The notes under the pieces: generated by a model
Told to the model about the DNA's origin: nothing
The model's database searches: none
Seen by the model: only the letters and a program-made list of their open reading frames with translations
Part shown: piece after piece, positions 19,360 through 27,476 of the stretch
Numbering within the stretch: position 1 is the first letter of the stretch
Layout of the letters: every line of letters begins with the position of its first letter
Position numbers and translations under genes: made by a program
Source of the DNA: an uncultured bacterium
GTDB lineage: Bacteria > Armatimonadota > Abditibacteriia > Abditibacteriales > Abditibacteriaceae
Length of the DNA: 64,000 bases
Reading direction: 5' to 3'
NCBI GenBank assembly: GCA_963843795.1
Contig: CAWJLW010000006.1
Location: forward strand, 3,360,375-3,424,374

Positions 19360-22254
19360 ATGCGCAATTTATTCTCGCTGCTTTGTTTGTGCTTGCTTAT
19401 CACGACCGCGCGCGCGCAGAACCCTGGCGCTTACGAAAGCAATTTTGCGCAGCTCGATGCGAAAACTTTCGCTAAGAATTGGGAAATTTCCGACATCGGT
19501 TGGCAATTAATACAGAAAAACGGTGGGCAAGTACTTGCAGCGGATGTTCCGCACGGACGCGGCGTGGCGCTGTGGCAACCCGAACCGCAACTGTGGCTGC
19601 GCGATGGTGTGTGGGAAAGCACGCTCACGCCGTTGCGTTCGCACGGCGCAGATTCGCAATGGAAAACTGTCGGCATCGGTTTGTGGATTGATGAGCGCAA
19701 TTTCTGGCAATTATCGCTGGTTGAAGCGCCCAAAACGGGCCAAACCGCACCCTTTGTCGAGTTGTCGCAGATGCGCGATGGACAATGGAACGCGCAAAGC
19801 AATGACGCAACCAAGCGTCCGGTTTTGGAAGCTTCGCCGCCGTTGGCGTGGCAATATGGCGAAACGTATCGTTTGCGCTTGAGCGCGCAAGGCTCGCCTT
19901 ATGGCGGCGCGCGCAGCTTGCTGGGTGAAGTGTGGCAAGGACAAAAGCGCGTCTGGCACATCAACTACGCGCTGGAACCAGTCGAGCGCGCCGATATTAT
20001 GAGTGTGAATATCGGGCGTCCGGTTCTCACAGCAAGCGGACTTGTCACCGACTTTTCGCGCGCCGTTTTGAGCGATGTGCATACGGCAGCGCCGCCAGAT
20101 GAACCGATTGTGCCGCCCTATCAAGGCGCGGTGATTTCGGGCGCGAGTAAAATGCAAAATGCGACGGGATTTTTTGGTGTGGAGCAGCGCGAGAATCGTT
20201 GGTGGCTGCGCGACCCCAACGGCGCGCTAACGCTTTCGATTGGCACCGATCACGTCAATTACGATGTGCATTTCAGCGAAATTTTGGGCTACGCGCCCTA
20301 TGCGCGCAACGCTCGTCAAAAATATCCTGATGAAGATGCGTGGGCCAACAATGCCGCTACGCGCTTGAAAAATTGGGGCTTCACGACACTGGGCGGCAAC
20401 AGCAGCGCGAGCGTGCGCTATCGCGGCTTGGCGCATTTCGACAATTTGCAAATGGGCGCCAGTTTCGCCGATACCGCGACCTTAGTCGAAAAAACCTGGT
20501 GGACGGGTTTTCCCGATGTGTTCGATGCGCGCTGGGCGCAGCACTGCGATTTGCGTGCGCGCCAATTGTGCGAATCGCAACGCGATAATCCATGGCTGGT
20601 CGGCTATTATCTGGACAACGAACTCGAATGGCTGGGCAAAAGCTGGCAGCCACAAGGCATCGTTCTGGACATCATTCAACGCGCGCCCGATAGCGCGGGC
20701 AAAATCGCCTTAGGACAAATCTGGCGCGATTATTATCAGAACAATGTGACCGATTTCAATCAGGATTTCAGCAGCAATTTGGCTGCGTTTGATAATTTCC
20801 CCGCTTTAAAAACTCTCCAATTGCCACAAAACGCACGCGGCAAAATTGCCATTGATAAATATTTGGATGAAATGGCGCGGCGTTATTTTTCGGTAGCCAC
20901 CGCAGCGATTCGGCGTTACGACCCGAATCACTTGATTTGCGGCAGCCGTTTCGCGGGCAGCGCGCCCGCAGCCGCGTGGATTTGGGCGGGCAAAACCTGC
21001 GATGTGGTGAGCTTCAATTTGTATCCGCGCATCGACTTTACGCGCGGCGAAGTCGTCGATTTGAACGCGACCATTCAGCGCAATTATCAGCTCACACAGA
21101 AACCGATGATGCTGACCGAATGGAGTTTTCCCGCATTGGATGCCGTAGATTCGCAAGGCACGCCGATTCCCTCGCAACACGGCGCGGGTATGCGCGTCGA
21201 TACGCAGGCGCAAAAGGCACAAGCGTTTGCGATGATGCAGGAAGCGCTGTTGCGCTCGCCGTATATTGTCGGCTCACATTATTTCATGTGGGCCGACGAA
21301 CCAGCCAGCGGCATCAGCAAAAGTTTTCCCGAAGATTCCAATTACGGATTGGTCGATGAAAACGACCGCGCTTATCCCGCGCTCACAAAAGCCGCGACGC
21401 AAGTGAATCAGCGCGCGCGACAACTGCATCTCGAAGGCCCACGAAAATCAACGACATCGGCGCGCGTGGCCACTGCGCCATTGCAGGTACTTGCAGGCGC
21501 GATTATCCATTATCAGCAGAAAAATAATGCTGATTTCACGCTCGATAACGGCGTTTTGCATCTGCAAAGCGATAGTAAGACGCTGCAAGTGCTTGCGGGC
21601 GGCAAATCGCCAATCGAATTGGGAAGTTATGCGCCATTGGTGCAATGGCAACGCGGCACGGAAGTGCATTGGGAGCGCGCGCAGAAATTGGATGCGATAA
21701 ACATCATCGAAAACAACGCACGCCGCATCGTGATGGACACGACTTGGAGCGCGCCACTCAATCAAGGTGTTCCCGCGTGGCGCGCGCTTGTGCGTTTGAC
21801 AATGGACGCGGGCGTGCCATATTTTCGCGCGCAATTGCGTTGGATAGAAAACACGTCGGCGCAAGCGTGGCAAAGCATGGGATATTTTCACGCGACGCCC
21901 TCACAAATCGGCGGCGACGGCAGCGATGATACATTGGGCACGCCGAATGCGCCCAATTACTGGCTCGAAGTCGGCGCATGGACGGACAAAAGCGGCTGGC
22001 AATTCGGCCAATTGCCATTACGCTCCGACAAGCGTTTCAGCGTGAATTTCTGGCTCGACAACGGCGCGCAACATCCCGATGCTTTTCGTCGCTTTCAAGA
22101 TGCTGCGGGCGAAAACCAACCGCGCAGTTTCGCGCCCGGCGAGCGTTGGAACGCGCCGAATGATGAACCGGTTTCGCTGATATTTGGCTTGCATTCTACG
22201 CCACAAAATCAGCGTCCGTGGACGAATTTGGCGCTGCATCGACCGGAAAAGTGA
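19360..22254 (+). CDS. Secreted multidomain glycoside hydrolase (GH50/GH42 agarase-like core)
   Basis: ATGFFGVEQRENRWWLRDPNG, RLKNWGFTTLG, VGYYLDNEL, DPNHLICGSRF, MLTEWSF, HYFMWADEP...NYGLVD. Confidence 0.72.
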   Translation: MRNLFSLLCLCLLITTARAQNPGAYESNFAQLDAKTFAKNWEISDIGWQLIQKNGGQVLAADVPHGRGVALWQPEPQLWLRDGVWESTLTPLRSHGADSQWKTVGIGLWIDERNFWQLSLVEAPKTGQTAPFVELSQMRDGQWNAQSNDATKRPVLEASPPLAWQYGETYRLRLSAQGSPYGGARSLLGEVWQGQKRVWHINYALEPVERADIMSVNIGRPVLTASGLVTDFSRAVLSDVHTAAPPDEPIVPPYQGAVISGASKMQNATGFFGVEQRENRWWLRDPNGALTLSIGTDHVNYDVHFSEILGYAPYARNARQKYPDEDAWANNAATRLKNWGFTTLGGNSSASVRYRGLAHFDNLQMGASFADTATLVEKTWWTGFPDVFDARWAQHCDLRARQLCESQRDNPWLVGYYLDNELEWLGKSWQPQGIVLDIIQRAPDSAGKIALGQIWRDYYQNNVTDFNQDFSSNLAAFDNFPALKTLQLPQNARGKIAIDKYLDEMARRYFSVATAAIRRYDPNHLICGSRFAGSAPAAAWIWAGKTCDVVSFNLYPRIDFTRGEVVDLNATIQRNYQLTQKPMMLTEWSFPALDAVDSQGTPIPSQHGAGMRVDTQAQKAQAFAMMQEALLRSPYIVGSHYFMWADEPASGISKSFPEDSNYGLVDENDRAYPALTKAATQVNQRARQLHLEGPRKSTTSARVATAPLQVLAGAIIHYQQKNNADFTLDNGVLHLQSDSKTLQVLAGGKSPIELGSYAPLVQWQRGTEVHWERAQKLDAINIIENNARRIVMDTTWSAPLNQGVPAWRALVRLTMDAGVPYFRAQLRWIENTSAQAWQSMGYFHATPSQIGGDGSDDTLGTPNAPNYWLEVGAWTDKSGWQFGQLPLRSDKRFSVNFWLDNGAQHPDAFRRFQDAAGENQPRSFAPGERWNAPNDEPVSLIFGLHSTPQNQRPWTNLALHRPEK

Positions 22255-22300
22255 AACGCAAAAAGGCGCTGCAAGTACTTGCAGCGCCTTTTTGCGTTTC
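22253..22300. terminator. 48-bp perfect palindrome, likely bidirectional terminator
   Basis: GAAACGCAAAAAGGCGCTGCAAGT|ACTTGCAGCGCCTTTTTGCGTTTC between convergent genes. Confidence 0.75.
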
Positions 22301-22307
22301 TCAGCAA

Positions 22308-22832
22308 CTATTCTTCGTGCGACAACACATTTGCGGGCACGATTTGCTTTTCGACATCCGAGCCTTGCCACGAAAACAAACAGTGCGCTCCGTTGGTATT
22401 TTCAAAGTATTCGACTTTCAAATCATGCGCGCCCGCGCTCAATTCGATTTCGCCGCTTCTTTCTTGTCCGGGATGCGTTCCACCGTTATCAACGATTTGC
22501 CGACCATCGATAAAGACGCGCGAGCCGTCATCGGAATCGGTGAAAAACGTGTATTTGCCCGCTTTGGCGATATTGATGTGGCCCGTCCAGCGGGCGTAAC
22601 AATAATCGGCGATATTGGTGCCTGCGAAACCGCCGTTGGTATCAGGGAAATTAATTTGTGCATCAATGCGCGAAACATCGGGCTTTTCTGTATCGGAGAT
22701 GATGGGAAAATCGTTCACGTCAAATAAACGGTCGAAATATTCGCCGCGCAAGCCGGCCTTTTCCTCGGCATGCGCTGCGATTGTCATACTGCAAGTACTT
22801 GCGGCTAAGGCCAACATCCAAAAATAACGCAT
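22308..22832 (-). CDS. Secreted PA14-domain protein
   Basis: GLRGEYF, ARWTGHI, SDDGSRVFIDG, VDNGGTH, VEYFEN; AAGGAG RBS. Confidence 0.88.
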   Translation of the reverse strand: MRYFWMLALAASTCSMTIAAHAEEKAGLRGEYFDRLFDVNDFPIISDTEKPDVSRIDAQINFPDTNGGFAGTNIADYCYARWTGHINIAKAGKYTFFTDSDDGSRVFIDGRQIVDNGGTHPGQERSGEIELSAGAHDLKVEYFENTNGAHCLFSWQGSDVEKQIVPANVLSHEE

Positions 22833-22849
22833 AAATTCTCCTTGCCTCT

Positions 22850-23590
22850 ATGTATTCGATTTATCCACTGCACAACTCAACTTTGACCACCGCCGGGCCA
22901 GCCATTTTTTATCAGAATAAAGTGCGTGAACAAGTGACCATAAAGGGCTGGGTTTTCCTCTTGGAAAGCGCCGCACCCAACGGCACGACGCGCCGCGTTC
23001 TGGTCGATTGCGGCATCGGCCAACCTTCGCAAGTCGAGCGCAAACGCTTCGCTTTTATGATTGCTCCAGGCCACGACACGCACAGTTTACTCGCCGCGCG
23101 CGGTTTAGCGCCCAACGACATCGACGACGTCATCCTGACGCATCTGCACTGGGATCATTGCACCAACGCGCTCTTGTTCGAGCGCGCGCAATTTCATGTT
23201 TCGCGGCGCGGCTGGCGCGATGTCGTCGAGCAGCCCGCGCATCCGCTTCTGGTGCCCGAACGCAGTTTCCCGCGCCATGTTTACGATTGGCTGAGCGCAT
23301 CGGGCAACTTGAATTTACTGGACGACGAAGCCCAACCACTTCCCGGCATTCGCACGTTTTGGATCGGCGGCCACACGCCGTGCTGTCAAGCGGTGGCGAT
23401 TGAAACCAAAGACGGCACCGCGATTATCACCAGCGACACGGTTTCGACGTGGGAACACTTGGAGAAAAACATTCCGCCCGCTTCGCTGTGGAATTTGCCG
23501 CAATGCTTCGCCGCCTATGATCGCATTCGGCGCGAGGCCGATACGGTTTTACCCACGCATGAGCCGAATTTGGCAGAACAGTACGGTTGA
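22850..23590 (+). CDS. MBL-fold metallohydrolase, AHL-lactonase-like family
   Basis: LVDCG, THLHWDH, GHTP, TSD and PTHE motifs. Confidence 0.85.
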   Translation: MYSIYPLHNSTLTTAGPAIFYQNKVREQVTIKGWVFLLESAAPNGTTRRVLVDCGIGQPSQVERKRFAFMIAPGHDTHSLLAARGLAPNDIDDVILTHLHWDHCTNALLFERAQFHVSRRGWRDVVEQPAHPLLVPERSFPRHVYDWLSASGNLNLLDDEAQPLPGIRTFWIGGHTPCCQAVAIETKDGTAIITSDTVSTWEHLEKNIPPASLWNLPQCFAAYDRIRREADTVLPTHEPNLAEQYG

Positions 23591-23615
23591 ACGGGTGCTG
23601 CAAGTACTTGCAGCA

Positions 23616-23987
23616 TTAAATTTCGGTAATCTGCTCGACAATTAAATCTGCTGTTGCTAGATTTGTCGCGAGCGGGACGTTGTGCGTGTCGCAGACTTTG
23701 ACCAAAGCGGAAATGTCCGGTTCGTGGGGATGCGGTGTGAGTGGGTCGCGCAGAAAAATGACGGCTTTCACTTGTTCGGTGGCGATTAAAGCGCCGATTT
23801 GTAAGTCGCCGCCCATTGGGCCGGAAAGCATTTTCAAAACGTTCAAGCCAACTTCGTTTTCCAGCAGCGTTCCGGTCGTGCGCGTGGCGACCATGTTTTG
23901 GGTTTGCAGACGCGCGTGATGGCGACGCGCCCAACTTATCATGTCAGCTTTTTTGCCGTCGTGCGCGATGAGGGCGAGATATTGCAT
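23616..23987 (-). CDS. mgsA: Methylglyoxal synthase
   Basis: LALIAHDGKK, SGPMGGDLQIG, RDPLTPHPHEPD, LATNLATA. Confidence 0.96.
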   Translation of the reverse strand: MQYLALIAHDGKKADMISWARRHHARLQTQNMVATRTTGTLLENEVGLNVLKMLSGPMGGDLQIGALIATEQVKAVIFLRDPLTPHPHEPDISALVKVCDTHNVPLATNLATADLIVEQITEI

Positions 23988-24126
23988 TTTTCGATTCCGT
24001 GATATTTCAATTTCAATCGGCAAATAAGGGAAATTTTTATTTGACCAACACACATCCCGTATAGCGAATATTGTTAAATTTAGAGGTGCCTTGTGCGTTT
24101 TTGTCGATAGTGATCTTTCTCCAATT

Positions 24127-25098
24127 ATGAATTCATCGCAAAGGTTATTCCCGATCTCATGGTTTTCCCGCCTGTTCTGCGCCACGATATTCCTGTTCTC
24201 GTGCGGGGCGAAAGCTGCGCCCTCCGCACCAACCGAGCCAATTGGTACCGTCCGATTACAGCCGGTAGTCGATAGTTGGCCCAAAGCTACACCGCGCTGG
24301 CGCGACATTTCAAATTCGCTTTATTCGTCCGCTTTTCGCAGTACCTTTTCGTATGATAACGCACAGGCTCAATTGAGTTATCGCCGCGTGCCAAGCGCGC
24401 CTTATTTTCAATGTCACATTTCGGCGCGCGGATTGAAGCCGAATTTCGCTTATCAAATGAAACTGGCCGGAAAGCCCATCGGCGGGCCGCAAGGTTGGGG
24501 CACCTCGCGTTCATACGTCGATGCCAGTTCGCGTTTGAACGGTGCGAGCGCGCTGCCTTTCGATGTCGGTGGCACAGCGGTTGGCGGAGATGATTGGAGC
24601 AACCAGCAGTTGGGCTATCTTGGGCGCTGGTGGGACGACACCCTCGCGCCTTCAACCAATTTAGACGATGCTTATTTTCAAGCGAATTATCCGTTTCACA
24701 CTGTTTACGGCTATATTTTCATGGGTGACTTTGTGACGGATGCGCTGGGCCGCGCCGAGACAACCATTCTGGGCAATCGTTCGCTTCACATTACCTGGCA
24801 GGACACGCAATACGGCTACAAAGAAGCGCCGTTTGGCCGCTTTAATGTCGCGCGCACGCCTTACGGTTACGACAAGCGCGCGCCTAATGAGCGCGTGGGC
24901 CTGTGGTATGAATTGCAGGGTGGGCGCACGCAACCAGTGCGTTTGCCTAAAGGAATTTATCATTGTCGTTTGCTCGTTACCGAAGAGGCCTTTCATGGCG
25001 AAGGCGGCGCGGGCGGCGGCGTGTGGCAAACCGTTTTGGCGAGCGAAACCAACGGCGATCAAAATCCGACCAACGATATCGTATTCACGATTCGTTGA
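24127..25098 (+). CDS. Secreted hypothetical protein
   Basis: Signal-peptide-like N-terminus ending AKA; long ORF rich in G/W/Y; no family recognised. Confidence 0.6.
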   Translation: MNSSQRLFPISWFSRLFCATIFLFSCGAKAAPSAPTEPIGTVRLQPVVDSWPKATPRWRDISNSLYSSAFRSTFSYDNAQAQLSYRRVPSAPYFQCHISARGLKPNFAYQMKLAGKPIGGPQGWGTSRSYVDASSRLNGASALPFDVGGTAVGGDDWSNQQLGYLGRWWDDTLAPSTNLDDAYFQANYPFHTVYGYIFMGDFVTDALGRAETTILGNRSLHITWQDTQYGYKEAPFGRFNVARTPYGYDKRAPNERVGLWYELQGGRTQPVRLPKGIYHCRLLVTEEAFHGEGGAGGGVWQTVLASETNGDQNPTNDIVFTIR

Positions 25099-25110
25099 TT
25101 TCAAACTCAT

Positions 25111-25160
25111 CAAAAAGCGCGCTGCAAGTGCTTGCGCAAGTACTTGCAGCGCGCTTTTTG
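25111..25160. terminator. Tandem double-core palindrome between convergent genes
   Basis: CAAAAAGCGCGCT-GCAAGTGCTTGC-GCAAGTACTTGC-AGCGCGCTTTTTG. Confidence 0.7.
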
Positions 25161-25165
25161 CGTTT

Positions 25166-26305
25166 TCATTTGATAACAAAGCGACGATTTTCTGTGCTGG
25201 CGACCGCTTCGCCATCGCGTAAAGCGGGTTTCCAACGCCAACGTCGCGCAGTGGCCAGCACCACATCATCGATTTCACCGCTCCCATACGAGCCACGCAG
25301 TTCTGGATTGCTGTGGCCATTGGCACTGATCGAAAAACGCACGATAACTGAACGCTTGGTGGCTTTAGCGGCCAAGGTATCGGAAATATTGGGCTGCGGT
25401 TGTCGCGTGGCAATTGCATCACGCGTCTCGCCTTGAGGGCGTGGCGTTGGCTCAGGTTTGGGCGTTGGTTTCGGTGTGGAAGTTAGTTCTGGTTTGGAAG
25501 TTGGTTCTGGTTCTGGTTTTGGAATTGGCGTCGCTTCGGGTTTGGGCGTCTGGGTTGGCTTGGGTAACGGCGTCTGGGTTGGTGTTGGTTCAGATTTGGG
25601 GGTCGCAGTCGGCAACGGTTTGGGTTTTGTGGTGGGTATTGGCGTGGGAGAAGGCGGAATTGGCGTAGGTTCAATCAGCGATGGCCCCGATTGAGGCGCT
25701 CCCTGCTCCGCGTTTTCTTCGGTTTCGACGCCGTTGGGATTTGAAATTTTTGCGCCATTTGTGGAATCGCCATTTGTGGAATCGCCATTGGCATCTTGAT
25801 TGGAATTTGCATCGCCCGCATCAGAATTCCCAAGCGCGTTTTCCGACGTTGAGTCCCCTGGCGCCGCATCAGCGGGAACGCCATTTTGCGTGGGCGAAGC
25901 ATTATTTGGCGGCAGATTTCGCAATGAGGAAACTGGCGGTTTAGGCGCGGTGGTGGCGGCGATTTCGGGGCGCAACTGAAAATTCGGCGCCGCAACTGCT
26001 GCCACGCGCGATGACGGCGAGTGACGATTGGAAGGCGCACTTGTTGTCGTGACACGACGATTGCGGCGTTTGGTTTGTCGTTGAATTTGCGCCACGCGGC
26101 GAGCGCTGTGCGCTTTGGCTACGTTTTTGGTTTTCGCGCCTTTTGGCCCGATGATCACGCGGCGCACTTCAATAGCGCCCATTTTCGGAGCGATTTTGTG
26201 GCCGTTCATAATGGTCGCCAAAACGCTCCACACGGCCACATTGGCGAGCAGTGAAAGCGGCGCGGCACGACACCAGCGCGACCAAAAGGAATTGGAGAAT
26301 TTCAC
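25166..26305 (-). CDS. tonB: Energy transducer TonB
   Basis: N-terminal TM helix, long Pro-rich linker, C-terminal WRWKPALRDGEAV; follows exbB-exbD. GTG start inferred. Confidence 0.78.
   Translation of the reverse strand: MKFSNSFWSRWCRAAPLSLLANVAVWSVLATIMNGHKIAPKMGAIEVRRVIIGPKGAKTKNVAKAHSARRVAQIQRQTKRRNRRVTTTSAPSNRHSPSSRVAAVAAPNFQLRPEIAATTAPKPPVSSLRNLPPNNASPTQNGVPADAAPGDSTSENALGNSDAGDANSNQDANGDSTNGDSTNGAKISNPNGVETEENAEQGAPQSGPSLIEPTPIPPSPTPIPTTKPKPLPTATPKSEPTPTQTPLPKPTQTPKPEATPIPKPEPEPTSKPELTSTPKPTPKPEPTPRPQGETRDAIATRQPQPNISDTLAAKATKRSVIVRFSISANGHSNPELRGSYGSGEIDDVVLATARRWRWKPALRDGEAVASTENRRFVIK
25753..25789. repeat. 15-bp tandem repeat (about 2.5 copies) in the tonB linker
   Basis: CGCCATTTGTGGAAT twice plus CGCCATT; encodes NGDST-NGDST. 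Confidence 0.85.
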
Positions 26306-26309
26306 GAGA

Positions 26310-26741
26310 TTACTTAGGTGGCGCTTGCGATGGCGCAGTCGCAATCGCATAGCGCGTGATGCCAATGTCGCGCGCGACATCAATCACGCGCACCACGATA
26401 CCATGAGCCACGCGCGCATCGGCGTTGATGATGACGGACACGTTCGCCAGATTCGCGCGCGCGCGCCCAGACTTTTCGACTAACTTCGTTTGCAAATTTT
26501 CCCAGTTGGCGGGCGCTTGGTTGACTTGCAAACGACCGTCGCGGGCAATGGTAACAGTGAGTTCAGTCGGAGGTTGCGAGGGCGCAGTTTTGGCTTCAGG
26601 CAAATTGACTGGCAAACCGTTCAAGCGCGTCAGCGCCAAGCTCGACAGCATGAAAAAAACCAGCAGAAAGAAAATCGTGTCGATCATCGGAATGATTTCG
26701 ATTTTTGTGCGCTTCAATTCGCGGCGCTGTTTAAATTTCAT
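26310..26741 (-). CDS. exbD: Biopolymer transporter ExbD
   Basis: IIPMIDTIFFLLVFFM, VNLPEA, IINADARV. Confidence 0.92.
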   Translation of the reverse strand: MKFKQRRELKRTKIEIIPMIDTIFFLLVFFMLSSLALTRLNGLPVNLPEAKTAPSQPPTELTVTIARDGRLQVNQAPANWENLQTKLVEKSGRARANLANVSVIINADARVAHGIVVRVIDVARDIGITRYAIATAPSQAPPK

Positions 26742-27378
26742 CGCGTTTTGCCTTACAAGTACTTGCGATTTCACTCAAAGCGTTCATCAGGCGCGTGACC
26801 GCCATTTCGGTTTCGGCCTGCACATTTCGCAGACGCGTAGCGAAAGCGTTGTAAGCCACAAAACACACGACGGCGATGACGATGCCCGCTGCGGTCGCGT
26901 ACAGCGCTTCGCCGACACCTTGCAAAACGCCATCGGCGTTGCCGCGCTGCGTTTGCGCGCTAATCGCGTTGAACGCGCCGATCATGCCCAGAATTGTGCC
27001 CAGCAAGCCGAGCAAAGGCGAAATCGTGGTTGTGGTGTCTAAAACCGCCAGCCCGCGCTCCAAACGCACGAAATATTCCTGTCCGGTTTGTTCGACCCAA
27101 CGCTCGATAATTTCCGCTTTTTGGTCGCGACGTTTCAACACTTCACCCAGACACGCGGCTACCGGCCCGCAAGTACTTGCGCAGGCTTTTTCGGCTTCAT
27201 CGAAGCGATTTTCGCCGCACAATGCCAGCACGCGCGGCAACAAGTTGGGCGCAGTGTGGCCCAGTTCGCGAAACGCCAGAATGCGTTCGATGATAACGCC
27301 GCCGCACAACAGGGAAAGCGCCAATAGCGGCCACATGATGAAGCCACCGGCGCGGAACAGTTCGATTAAATTAGTCAT
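26731..27378 (-). CDS. exbB: MotA/TolQ/ExbB proton channel protein
   Basis: GGFIMWPL, SPLLGLLGTILGMI, GVGEALYATAAG. Confidence 0.92.
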   Translation of the reverse strand: MTNLIELFRAGGFIMWPLLALSLLCGGVIIERILAFRELGHTAPNLLPRVLALCGENRFDEAEKACASTCGPVAACLGEVLKRRDQKAEIIERWVEQTGQEYFVRLERGLAVLDTTTTISPLLGLLGTILGMIGAFNAISAQTQRGNADGVLQGVGEALYATAAGIVIAVVCFVAYNAFATRLRNVQAETEMAVTRLMNALSEIASTCKAKRDEI

Positions 27379-27476
27379 AGAAAAACGCGGTGCAAGTACT
27401 TGCACCGCGTTGGCAGTTTAAAACAAGCGTTTCAATCCAGTCGTGCAAATATCTTTAGACTTACTCGCAATGCGTT

